A DNA stretch of 64,000 nt. Source: Octopus vulgaris (lineage: Eukaryota). The notes beneath the pieces are model-generated. The model was not told the DNA's origin. It was given only the letters and a program-made list of their open reading frames with translations, and made no database searches. The DNA is taken from assembly GCA_951406725.2 (NCBI GenBank), contig OX597814.1, positions 101,494,001 through 101,558,000 on the forward strand, in the 5' to 3' direction. Made by a program: the position numbers and the translations under genes. Each line of letters begins with the position of its first letter. The stretch's first letter is position 1. Positions 25,666 through 36,944 of this stretch are shown here, one piece after another.

Positions 25666-28600
25666 ATGCCGGATCCTAGGTCCTACCTCCTCACCCTCCA
25701 TCACCGTTTGAAGGATCATCTCCGTTCTCTTCCTGTATATTGCCTTCAGCCGTCCGTTAATCTCTCTCTACTTCTTTTTAAAAAAACCCGCTTCTCTAGC
25801 CATGTCTCTTTCCTAAGCCGCTGCCTACATCACCGACTCATCCCTAAAGGTTTCCGCCTCCACTTCCACCCTGCTCTCCACTCGGATTCTTCCATCTTAC
25901 CCATACTCCGCACCACATCTTACCGCCTTATGCGGGCCACCATTTGCTCCAATCTCTCCAAACTACATGCCATCAACCGCCTTCTTCCTCCTGCTTTCTC
26001 CACCTTCTTCTCCTCTCTGCCGCCCCTCTATGCTCCAAACACGCTACGCTTCATTATCCATTTGAATCAACTCTTCCATCAATTTCTTTCTGATACCAAA
26101 CTTCGTAAACTCCAATCACTCTTCCATTCCACCCTACCCGACGCCACTACCCCAACTCCTCCACCACCCTTCTCCCCTCCCGATAGGCTCCATCCACCCA
26201 CACCTAACCCCACTGCCCCTCCCTACAACCCCTTCTCCCCTCCCGATAGGCTCCATCCACCTACACCTAACCCTACTGCCCCGCCCAACCACCTCCCACA
26301 CACCTCCCCAATCCCTCCCCCTCAGACCTCCACCCCTCCTACTTCTATTCCACCCACCCGTTCTCCACTTCCGTCTGTTGTTACCATTCCCCCCGATCTT
26401 CCCCTCTCTGCGGCTGAACGCTCCGTTCTTGGTAGGGGTCTGCGTTTCATCCCCCTCACTCCATTCTGTAAGGAATTCCAGACGCGAGTTGATGTCCACA
26501 GCTTTGTGCGCCGTGTCCGGTTGGGTGCGCATTACCACGACTCGCCACCCACACCCAACGAAGAGGACTGCTTCACTGGCCTGGGCCGCCGACCATCCCC
26601 GTGGACGCCTGCCCCTGGCCAGATCCTAGCAGTGGATCTTTTCGCGGGCGCTTGTCAGCGTGCATTGGAGCGGTTCAACTTCTCCAGGCGCCAACGCCGC
26701 CTCAACATCTCCCCGGCTGAGCTCTTGGCTCTCCGTTACCTCCAACGGCGCGCTGACATTATCATCAAACCGGCTGACAAGGGTGGAGCTGTAGTGGTGT
26801 GGCGCGCGGACCTCTATAGGGCCGAGGCTTTCTGCCAACTCAATGACACCTCCTTCTATTCCCCTCTGCCCTCTAACCCCACACGTAGCTACCAACAGAC
26901 GGTATCCTCTACTGTCCACGACCTCATCTCGTCCTCCCGTCTCCCCCGCACCGCATCCAACCTAATTGTGCGAACCCCACGTACCCCCACCATTTACTTC
27001 CTCCCCAAAATCCACAAACCCAACAACCCTGGCCGCCCCATCGTCTCCGCCTGTAACTGCCCCACGGTGCTCATCTCTAAATACCTCGACCGTGTCCTTG
27101 CGCCCCTAGTGGCATCTCTTCCCTCCCACATCCACGATACCAACCATGCTCTCCGGCTTTTCAACTCTTTCTCCTTTCCTCCCGGCTCCTCCAAAATCCT
27201 TTTTACTATGGACATCCAAAGCCTCTATACTGTTATCCCTCACCACGAAGGACTGCAGGCCCTTCGACACTTTCTTGACCTCCGCTCTAACCCTGTACCT
27301 GACACCTCCACACTCATTCGTCTGGCCGAACTTGTCCTTACTCTGAACTGCTTCTCGTTCGCGGGCGAGTTCTACCATCAGATCTCGGGAGTGGCCATGG
27401 GAACGCGAATGGGCCCCAACTATGCGAACCTGTTCGTTGGCTATGTTGAGGCCCAAATATTCTCTAATTTCACTGGTCCCACTCCCGAACTATATGGTCG
27501 TTACATCGACGACATTATCGGTGCCACCTCACTCTCCCGCGAACATCTAGATTCCTTCCTCTCTTTCGTCCAATCTTTCCATCCAGCCCTCCACTTCACT
27601 TCCACTATCTCCAACACCTCTGTCTCCTTCCTCGACATTTCGGTTAGCATTCTTCACTCCACTCTTACCACCTCCATTCACTACAAACACACAGACTCAC
27701 ACTCATACCTCAACTTCTCTTCCTCCCACCCAGAACACACCAAGCTTTCCATCCCCTATTCCCAATTCCTCCGTCTACGTAGGCTCTGTAGTGACGACCA
27801 TGACTTTGAGACTCAGTCTCAACGTATGGCTCACCACTTCACCCTACGTGGATACCCCCTCACCACTATCCACACCGCCCTTTCCAGAGCACGGTCCGTG
27901 GACCGTGTATCTGCTCTCTCTCCCCGAACCCGCCCTGTAGTCTCCCGCCTCCCTTTTCCCCTCACTTACCACCCCACGACCCTACGTCTCCAACGCACCA
28001 TTCTTCGAGCTTTCCGTCATCTCCAGTCCGACCCGACCACTTCACACCTCTTCCCTAACCGACCCCTCCCCTCTTTCAAACGAGCCCACAACCTTCGAGA
28101 CCTTTTGGTCCATAGCTCCTTCCCTGACCCTACCTCCCAACCCGGCTCGTTCCCCTGCTCCCGCCCACGTTGCCGCACTTGCCCTTACCTCTCCAACACC
28201 ACCCGCCTCACTAGCACCCACCATCGACCCTATCCCATCATCCACTCCTTCACCTGCACCTCCAGCAATATTATCTATTGCATCTCTTGCTCTCTCTGCA
28301 ATTCCTTGTACATCGGACAAACGGGACGCCGCTTGGCTGACCGGTTTGCGGAACACCTTCATGACATCCACCTTGCGAACGACACACCGGTCTCACGCCA
28401 TTTCCGCTCCACCGGTCACTCCTTGCAACACCTATCTGTGTTCGGTTTGTCCTTACACAGAGGCCATCCGGATTCCCGTTTGCGCCGTGAACAGGAATTA
28501 ATCTTCTCTCTTCGCTCTTATACGCCATTTGGTCTCAACTCTCCCCCCTCCTCATCTAACCCCCTCTCCCCCCTCCTCACCTATCCTTTCCCCCCGACCC

Positions 28601-28884
28601 CTACTTCTTCAGTCCTTCATCCTTTCACCCCTACTCCCCTTCTCTTCTTCCCTCTTTCTCTCTCCCTCCTTCCCTCTTCCCCTTCCCTCTGCCCCCTCAC
28701 TCCCCCTCTCCCTCTTTCCTCCTTCCTCCCCCTCCTCCCCTTCCTTCTCCCCCTCCTCTCTCTCCCCCATCCTCTCCTCTTCCCCCCTCTCCTCCCCATC
28801 TCCTCCTCCCCCCTTCTCCCCCCTCTTCTCCTCACTACACCACACGACTTTACACATCACATCATATATGATGTGCCATACTAA
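25666..28884 (+). CDS. Penelope-like polyprotein: reverse transcriptase plus GIY-YIG endonuclease
   Basis: First ATG at 25666 (the track start 25600 is a non-ATG codon in a T-rich leader). IKPADKGGAVVV, YFLPKIHK..PGRPIVS, DIQSLYT, GVAMGTRMGP, RYIDDI, FLD..YKHTDSHSYL..SSHP, CSRPRCRTC linker, NIIYCISC..C..YIGQT..R..EH..HF..E. Confidence 0.95.
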   Translation: MPDPRSYLLTLHHRLKDHLRSLPVYCLQPSVNLSLLLFKKTRFSSHVSFLSRCLHHRLIPKGFRLHFHPALHSDSSILPILRTTSYRLMRATICSNLSKLHAINRLLPPAFSTFFSSLPPLYAPNTLRFIIHLNQLFHQFLSDTKLRKLQSLFHSTLPDATTPTPPPPFSPPDRLHPPTPNPTAPPYNPFSPPDRLHPPTPNPTAPPNHLPHTSPIPPPQTSTPPTSIPPTRSPLPSVVTIPPDLPLSAAERSVLGRGLRFIPLTPFCKEFQTRVDVHSFVRRVRLGAHYHDSPPTPNEEDCFTGLGRRPSPWTPAPGQILAVDLFAGACQRALERFNFSRRQRRLNISPAELLALRYLQRRADIIIKPADKGGAVVVWRADLYRAEAFCQLNDTSFYSPLPSNPTRSYQQTVSSTVHDLISSSRLPRTASNLIVRTPRTPTIYFLPKIHKPNNPGRPIVSACNCPTVLISKYLDRVLAPLVASLPSHIHDTNHALRLFNSFSFPPGSSKILFTMDIQSLYTVIPHHEGLQALRHFLDLRSNPVPDTSTLIRLAELVLTLNCFSFAGEFYHQISGVAMGTRMGPNYANLFVGYVEAQIFSNFTGPTPELYGRYIDDIIGATSLSREHLDSFLSFVQSFHPALHFTSTISNTSVSFLDISVSILHSTLTTSIHYKHTDSHSYLNFSSSHPEHTKLSIPYSQFLRLRRLCSDDHDFETQSQRMAHHFTLRGYPLTTIHTALSRARSVDRVSALSPRTRPVVSRLPFPLTYHPTTLRLQRTILRAFRHLQSDPTTSHLFPNRPLPSFKRAHNLRDLLVHSSFPDPTSQPGSFPCSRPRCRTCPYLSNTTRLTSTHHRPYPIIHSFTCTSSNIIYCISCSLCNSLYIGQTGRRLADRFAEHLHDIHLANDTPVSRHFRSTGHSLQHLSVFGLSLHRGHPDSRLRREQELIFSLRSYTPFGLNSPPSSSNPLSPLLTYPFPPTPTSSVLHPFTPTPLLFFPLSLSLLPSSPSLCPLTPPLPLSSFLPLLPFLLPLLSLPHPLLFPPLLPISSSPLLPPLLLTTPHDFTHHIIYDVPY

Positions 28885-29210
28885 TACATACACCAACTAA
28901 TACATACTAATACGTACTAATACATACTAGTACATACTAATACTTACACCAACCCTATACATACACACGTCCAGACCCCTCATACGCACTTATACTATCT
29001 CACACACACACACACACTTATACATACTAATACGTACTAATACATACTAATACATACTAATACATACACCAACCCCATACATACGCACGTCCACACCAAT
29101 CCTACGCACTAATACTCTCTCATACACACACACACGCACACACACCCTTATACATACTAATACATACACCAACCCTATACATACACACGTCCAGACCCCT
29201 CCTACGCACT
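28880..29210 (+). repeat. Nested tandem repeats in the PLE 3' UTR
   Basis: tacatactaa 10-mers within three longer units containing acaccaaccc(t/c)atacatac..cgtcca..tacgcact. Confidence 0.85.
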
Positions 29211-29517
29211 ATTAGCTGGTCCTTCAACCATATTATCAACCCTATTATCTCCCCTTATTTCGCTCTCGCGTCTCATGTTTGATCTTTGACCTCTGGCCGA
29301 AATCAGATCGCCATGTTGATTCGTTAGCTACTGCACGCATTTTTTTCTCTCCTTCTTTCTGCGTTTTTTTTCTCTCTGTGTACCTTTCTGTTGAAGAGCG
29401 TAGGCTCGAAACGTTAAAGACTTGTTTTATTTATATTTCCTGAGCGCCATACTAATACAATTGTTCGTTTGTTTTCCACCTGCCTTCGTCTTTTGTCTAT
29501 TTTCATAAAGCTTCCCG
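29187..29517 (+). repeat. 3' pseudo-LTR containing the second hammerhead-like copy (29384-29419)
   Basis: Direct repeat of 24713-25043. Confidence 0.95.
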
Positions 29518-29590
29518 AGCGTAAAACTAATACATGTGTTTGTTGTTTACACACCTATCTTCGTCATTTTTTGGCAAATTCTCACTATAC

Positions 29591-29648
<58 letters not shown>

Positions 29649-29728
29649 GTATAGTGAGAATTTGCAAAAAAATGACGAGGATAGGTGTGTAAACAACAAA
29701 CACATGTATTAGTTTTACGCTCGGGAAG
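29511..29728. repeat. Palindrome with ~80-bp arms centred on (AT)n
   Basis: cttcccgagcgtaaaactaatacatgtg..ttctcactata ... tatagtgagaa..cacatgtattagttttacgctcgggaag. Confidence 0.92.
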
Positions 29729-30210
29729 TGAGAAAGTCGTTTACGTTTCGAGCCTACGCTCTTCGACAGAAAAGAACACAGAAATAAACAGGGAGAGAAA
29801 ATAGAAAAAGGTATAGTGGCTAGCGATCTATCATGGCGAATGCCGGAGAGAAACGACAATAGGAAAAAGCAGAAATTACAAGAAAGTTTTGAAAAGCTCA
29901 AAGGGTTCAAGCATCGTGGTGTATTGGAGTGATTTCTCATCAAAGGAAGAGTCCAGTGTAATCCATGGGTAGGAGAGTAGAAGAAAGTCCAGGTAGAGAA
30001 TCCAGGTAGAATAGTCCAGGAAAAGTTCGAAGTGGAGGCGGAAACAGGATAAAACTGGTGCAATCACGTGAGTGTGTGATATATAGTGAGAATTCACAAA
30101 AAACAAAAAAATGAGGACGAGTGTATAAACAACAAACAGATATATTAGTTTAACGCTCGGGAAGTGAGAGTCTTTTACGTTTCGAGCCTACGCTCTTCGA
30201 CAGAAAGGAA
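29650..30210 (-). mobile_element. Non-coding PLE-related element with two tandem hammerhead-like motifs 434 nt apart
   Basis: Motif ctgtcgaagagcgtaggctcgaaacgta at 30172-30207 and 29738-29773; the sequence between them aligns by eye to the autonomous element's 5' leader and then its pLTR. Confidence 0.75.
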
Positions 30211-30264
30211 CACGTGCGTTTGCGTGTGTGTGCTTGTATCCATGTACGTACATACATACATAAC

Positions 30265-30310
<46 letters not shown>

Positions 30311-30312
<2 letters not shown>

Positions 30313-30485
30313 TTTTACTTGGTTCAGTCATTTGACTACGGCCATGCTGGAGCACCGCCTTTAGTCGAGTAAACCTAGTACTTATTCTATCGGCCTCTTT
30401 TGCCGAACAGCTAAGTTACGGGGAGGTAAACACACCAACATCGGTTGTCAAGCGATGTTGGGGGCACAAACACAGACACACAAAC
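30311..30485 (-). mobile_element. 3' half of SINE family D
   Basis: cagtcatttgactacggccatgctggagcaccgcctttagtcgag..cacaccaacatcggttgtcaagcg. Confidence 0.85.
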
Positions 30486-30501
30486 ATATACACACACACA
30501 T

Positions 30502-30548
<47 letters not shown>

Positions 30549-30599
30549 TATATATATGTATGTATGTATATATATGTATGTATGTGCATATATATATAT

Positions 30600-30660
<61 letters not shown>

Positions 30661-31182
30661 CAAATATATATATCTTTGAGGGGATGACCGCACCTAACTA
30701 TTTTTCGCTAGTTGATATAAGATAACTCTTTAAGCAGCCGCAGCGCACGCGAACGGAGGAACGTTTGATTAACTATTTAAAAATTTTATTTATTTATGAC
30801 TTATGCTAGCGTCAGTGGTCTTACCTCAGGGGCGTTAGAGACTGATAGGATTGGCAAGAGAAGGCGAAACCTAAAATTGACAGCTCACTATATATCAACT
30901 AGTATTTTGTTAGTGTTGGATTCAAATATGATTCGACAATTTACTCTTACGCATTCTAAACGTATTAAAACAATTTCGTACAGTCAAGTGTGCTCTTGGG
31001 ACTTATTGAGTAATCAGAGCACTACTTGGCGATGTAATCTTTTTCTAAAACCTCGCGTATATATAAGACGGTGAGACATGGCCGTGTGGTTAAGAAGCTC
31101 ACTTAGAAATATCATGCCCTTTCTCTCGACACCCTCAACTAGACACAGCTCTGGTATGGCCTCATGGCCTCAAGAAGGGGGA

Positions 31183-31728
31183 GAAGACGAAGAAGAAGAA
31201 GAAGAAGAAGAAGAAGAAGAAAAAGAAGAAAAAGAAGACGAAGAAGGAGAACGAGAACGAGAACGAGAAGAAGAAGAAGAAGAAGAAGAACAAGAAGAAG
31301 AAGAACAAGAAGAAGAAGAACAAGAAGAAGAAGAAGAAGAAGAAGAAGAAGAAGGAGAACGAGAAGAAGAAGGAAAACGAGAAGAAGAAGAAGAAGAAGA
31401 AGAAGAAGAAGAAGAAGAACGAGAACAAGAAGAAGAAGAAGGAGAACGAGAAGAAGAAGGAGAACGAGAAGAAGAAGAAGAAGAAGAGAAGAAGAAGAAG
31501 AAGGAGAGGAGGAGAACGAGAAGAAGATGAAGGAGAAGAAGATGAAGGAGAAGAAGAAGAAGAAGAAGAAAAAGAAAAAGAAGGAGGAGGAGGAGGAGAA
31601 GAAGAAGGAGGAGGAGGAGGAGGAGGAGAACGAGAAGAAGATGAAGGAGAACGAGAACGAGAAGGAGAACGAGAAGAAGAAGAAGAAGAAGAAGAAGAAG
31701 AAGAAGAAGAAGAAGAAGAAGAAGAAGA
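31183..31728. repeat. ~545-bp almost pure-purine (GAA)n/(GGA)n compound repeat
   Basis: Directly visible; source of the poly-E/R/K ORFs. Confidence 0.97.
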
Positions 31729-32214
31729 TTGAGCTATCATTAAAGTTTAATTTGTTAGTGAAATAATGCTGGGAAGTCAGAGGAGTAACATTTTGATATA
31801 AATTCCTTAATTCATTTCTAATTGCATTCAGCCATTGTGCATATAATGCTGAAACAGGGATTTCAAGATTATAATCAATAGTATTGGATCCAGTGATTTA
31901 AATGATACTTCATCGAGTTCAGTTGGCTGGAGAGAAAAGTGGGGCCGGGCATCATCTGAACTTCTCACATTTTGAGATGCAGTTAATGTATGTGTGTGTA
32001 TGAGTGTATGTGTTTGTGTGTATATGTTTGTACACACGTACGCATTTACATGATTTGCATTGATTACAAGATAGAATAGAAACCATTTCTACACTGCATT
32101 TGTACTGTATGCAGAAACAGTGACAAAACCAGTATAATAGAGATATCACATATATTTCTTGTGTGTTCGGTTTTTAACCTCTTTCCATCAAGTAACATCA
32201 CCATCCCCACTATC

Positions 32215-32380
32215 TATAACACCTCCATCGTCATCATTATCATCATTGTCATCACCACCATTACCACCATACCACTATTCACCGCCATTAAGAGACCTCA
32301 ACAGAAGCACCACTATCACCACCACCATCATCATCACCACCACCATCAACACCACCATCATCACCACCACCACCATCACT
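32215..32380. repeat. (CAC/CAT)n low-complexity tract
   Basis: Directly visible. Confidence 0.9.
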
Positions 32381-33058
32381 CCTCTGTAACTGAGTTATAG
32401 AGCATACTCAATTGATACAATGAAGCAAACATGTAATTTATTTAGAAAGCCAATATTCCAAACGTAGAAGAAGGAAGACAATTACATCAAGAACCCGTTT
32501 ACATCGTTTAAACCTAAACTGATTTCAAATCATCATTGAAATTTTCGAAACCAAAACCAAAATATAGATAAATATATATAAATAAAAAAAATTTTTTTTT
32601 TAAATCTTGCTCCGAAGTATTGCACAGAATTCAATTTATTTCTAACGGAAATTTTCTAAATTGATTGAAAAAGTAAAAAGAACGTATCAGTTACAAACTA
32701 CACTTTCTAGAATTAAGTACAATTTCAAACGCTTATTATCATATTATCATATTAAATTTCTTCTTTGTTATTGGCATCGAAATTGTTTCGGAAATTTCTC
32801 TCAAGATTATCTGGTTTTATTTGTTTTTGTTTTTCTTTAATAAATATTGCTTGTACTGGTAGTGTTAGTTGTATTATTAATATCAGTAGTATTAGTAGAG
32901 TTCGTAGCAATAATACTATTGTTAGTTGGCTGGTTTCATTATGTTCATATTTCAATATTTCTCCAAAATAATCTTTGTAGCTTTCAGGCAAGCTCTCTTT
33001 CTCTCCTTTCTGTTCTCTCAGTACGCACATACATTAATTACATACATACATACATACT

Positions 33059-33089
<31 letters not shown>

Positions 33090-33312
33090 TTATACATATA
33101 CATATATGCATGCAGACATAGACACATATTGATGTATATAATACATACACACGCATGCACACACACACATACACTCACATATTTATATGTATGTGTATAC
33201 ACAAGGAATATATTCAATATATATGTGTGTGTGTGTGTGCCTGTATATGTATGCATGTATACATATATACATGTATGTATGTATGCGTTTATATATATAT
33301 ATATATATATAT

Positions 33313-33368
<56 letters not shown>

Positions 33369-33505
33369 GCGTATGTATGGAGGAAAATTAAACGCGTTTG
33401 TGTGGATGTGTTTCTCACATATTTGTTTGAAAGTCATGTTTGTGCATGTGATTTGTGTGTATTCCAGTGTGTGTGTGTGTGTGTTGTGTGTGTGTGTGTG
33501 TGTAT

Positions 33506-33537
<32 letters not shown>

Positions 33538-33674
33538 ACAAGCAAGCAGGTCTCTGAGTGTGTCAGAATGTTGTCTACAATTCAAGAATATTGTATGGAC
33601 GACTTGTTAAATTTCGAATAGACAACTTGAGCTGGGAATAGTAGTCAGTCAAGAACAGTTCTCATGGTTAAAAC

Positions 33675-33739
<65 letters not shown>

Positions 33740-34820
33740 TGCAAAAGCAGCGGATGAAGGTTCGCAGAATGGCGAATGTGTTAAATTCTATTCACTTTTC
33801 TTTCCGACGGAAATAAACAGAGGGAAGTTTAAAGTTAAGGAACAAAGACAGTATCAGCATTTTGTTATTGGACAGATCCCTGATTTATAATTAAGGAAAC
33901 CGATATGGTTGTATTGTGGTCCAGACAATCTACCAAATATAAGGCAGCATTAATAGTTCCGATAAACAATATTCAGGAATATCACATATCTAAAACATGA
34001 CCTGATACGTACTAATAATACTTTCATTTATGGCGGGTTTAGTTTGTTAGTTGCTCGTTTTGTTGTCCTCTTTGTTGGAGTTGCTATGGTTGTTATTGTT
34101 GTTGTTGCTGTTTAGTCTCAAGCCGTTCTTGACTGAGCAGTCGTATGATTAACTAAATATATTCCAGCCGTGACCATCCCATGTTTTTAGAGCATTAGAT
34201 GCTACATTCTCGCTCTACACTATTTAATGTTGTATTTCGGGAAGGCCATTTTATTTATTTATTTTTTATTTATTTATTTTATTTATTTATTTTGTTTATT
34301 TATTTACCAAATAAGCACATGCACGATATGTATATTTTTTCTTCTCTCGTTTAATACTGGTCAAATCTGTTCTATGTCCATTGTCCGGAAATCTTTCGTT
34401 ATACGCCTGTGACCTCTTCAGCGACACTTTTCGCTTCCGTGTGTGTTCTTGATAGAAAATGGAAAGTTCTTGAACGGAAACGAAAAGTATCGCTGAAGAG
34501 GTCACAGATGTGTGACGAAAGATTTCCAGAAAATAGACATAAAATAAATTAGACCAGTAATAAACGAGTGAAGGAAATATATATATGTATATAGTGCGTG
34601 TGTTTATTTGGCAAGTAAAGTGGCCATCCCGAAATACAGCAATATATGATTCAACACCCGATTTCACATCAGGAATCTACCAAAACGAATTGATAAATGT
34701 TATTTAAAGTATTCTTTTAAAAATATACTGTAAGATGTGATTTGAAGAAGATTTGCTTGTTTCATATATCAGTCGAATAGAATTTCCATTTATACTGGTG
34801 GAAAGCTTTAATTTCGAATT

Positions 34821-35048
34821 TTAACCTTTTATCCTTTAAATCGATAGTATCTGGCCCAAATATTCTATCTGTTTTATGTTCAAACTAACCAGATCAAGCC
34901 TCTCACACCTACACTACAATGTCACTTTAAAAATATTCAATGGCATCATCAAAATCCCGAAATTATGCGATAGTGCCTGTTTGATTCAAAACAATGTGAA
35001 TAAATAAGCATTTCATTTGACAGAATAATATGAACGCTAAAAGATTAG
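34821..35048. mobile_element. Degenerate piggyBac-like MITE
   Basis: Begins ttaa-ccttt and ends gctaaaaga-ttag, consistent with decayed TIRs and a TTAA target site. Confidence 0.4.
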
Positions 35049-35207
35049 GCTGTCATGCAATATTTTGATTCAAATACTTCTACTAACCTTATCATGCAGA
35101 CACACTTATACACACACATGTATACACGCATACATAGGCATGCATACACTCATATAAAACATATATACACACACAGACACAGACACGCATACATACTTTC
35201 ATAAGTG

Positions 35208-35547
35208 AACTGAAAACGTCTGTGGATTGGCACAGTCGTTAGAGCGTCAGAAAAAACTACTTTGTGTTCCGAGTTCAAATCCCACCTAGGTCAACAGTTA
35301 TGAAATTTTAAGAGCTATAAAATTTGTTAAAATACCACTTATGTACTGGGGTTGATATAATCGAGTAAATTCCCGAACTGATAACGTCTGTGGATTGGCG
35401 CAATCGTTAGAGTGTCAGAAAAAAAAACTACCTTGTATTCCAAGTTCAAATCCCACCTAGGTCAACAGTTGAGAAATTTTAAGAGCTATAAAATTTGTTA
35501 AAGTACCACTTATGTACTGGGGTTGATATAATCGAGTAAATTCCCGA
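35208..35547 (+). repeat. Tandem duplication of a 168-bp old SINE-A-derived segment
   Basis: aactga(a/t)aacgtctgtggattggc..ttcaaatcccacctaggtcaacag..aattcccga twice (35208 and 35376). Confidence 0.9.
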
Positions 35548-36944
35548 GCGTGAGCTCATATCCAAATTAATTATTAGGGCACTGGACACTAAGTCGCCTT
35601 AAAAAATGGAAATATCGGTACAAGTTACATTCCCGACGTAGTTTCGATCATTACAAGCTATACAGAATTAATGCTATTAAGAAAATATGAGTGTGACGAA
35701 ATGCAATTTTTCATTCCCTTTAGAAAAAATATGGTCAGAACGTAGAATTTTTATTCAAATATACAACTAATTTTGACTAGGACAGCAATGAGTAAGTAAT
35801 AGCTCAAATAAGAAATACAGAAAAAAAAGTCTCTTTGTCTAGCGCTCCACCAATTCTAGTATTCACCAACATAATAATAGAAATAATGAATTTTAAATAG
35901 ACAGAAGATTACGAGTGTTATGGAGGTGTGTGGTAGACAGAGATGATCTCAGTATATAATAATTATTGTATCTCATCGAACCAAGAAGGATGTATGATAA
36001 AGCTCCCTTGGGAATGAATTGAAAAGCGAACGTAATTTAGTAAATGAATTTCAAATTCTGCAAAGTAGTTTATCCGACGCTACACTCATTACCTAGTCCC
36101 GATCTTCAATTACTTTAAAATTATTTAACCATCGAGGGAGCCTCTAGGTTGATGCTTAACCTGCTGGTTAACTAAATCGTCTTAAATATAGAAAAAAATA
36201 CATTGGATAATGTAGTTCTCCCTGCCCCTAGAAATGTGAGATGATCAGGGCTGGAACTGGAATGTTTTGATTATAGGTCTGCTTGGTTTCATTTATTAGG
36301 GACTAAAAATCAAGAACAACAACTTCTAAATTTGATTAATAAGGGATCCACCCGCAATTGATAGATACAGTAGGTGGTGTATTGGCAGAATTGTTAGAAC
36401 CTGGAACAAAATATCTTGCAGTATTTGTTCTGGATCTCTCCGAACGAATTTCAATATCTGTCGAGATCAACTTAGCCTTTCATCATATCGAGGTCGATAG
36501 AATAACGTATAATTCCTGAGCAATGGATAAGTAGTATCGATAGAGCGTTGGACGCTATATTTTACGATATTTATTCCGACTTTTTACATTATTGACTGGT
36601 AACCCTCATCCGCCGCTCAAAAAACTGAAAGTTTCGCGGAACATGTTTTTCAAAGTATATCAGCGACTTAAATTTAGTGAAACGGATTCCCTGTAGAATT
36701 GAAACCGTTTCGTAATCTTCACCTGATCCTTGACTACAGTCTATATTGCGGTATGACATCCGACAATATTCTCTTAAAGAGTAAAGGAAGTGTGATCCCT
36801 TTTCCTAACCGTCTTTTTATTCTTTGTTACTTTTTCAGTCAAATCATTAAGTACTTATTCAGTTAAATCATTCATTTAATTATTAGTACTTATTCTATCA
36901 TTCATTCCCATCATTTACGTTTTCGAAGACTAATTCACTCTCTG

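Larger units (their letters stand above)
24713..29517 (+). mobile_element. Full-length Penelope-like retroelement (Neptune-type) with direct pseudo-LTRs
   Basis: 331-bp direct repeats 24713-25043 and 29187-29517 flank an intact RT + GIY-YIG ORF; begins directly after an (AT)n tract; no TG..CA ends or PBS. Confidence 0.95.

Noticed and set aside
25666-28884. Naiad/Chlamys-type permuted or selenoprotein PLE
   Set aside because: The endonuclease is C-terminal and there is no in-frame TGA.
26134-28896. Antisense ORFs overlapping the PLE
   Set aside because: Shadow frames of a C/T-skewed coding strand; no recognisable domains.
24713-29517. LTR retrotransposon interpretation of the direct repeats
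   Set aside because: No TG..CA termini, PBS, gag, protease or integrase; RT and GIY-YIG motifs are Penelope-type.
31078-31766. Poly-Glu/Arg/Lys ORFs resembling acidic or protamine-like proteins
   Set aside because: Open in several frames on both strands because of (GAA)n; the start lies in a SINE head fragment.
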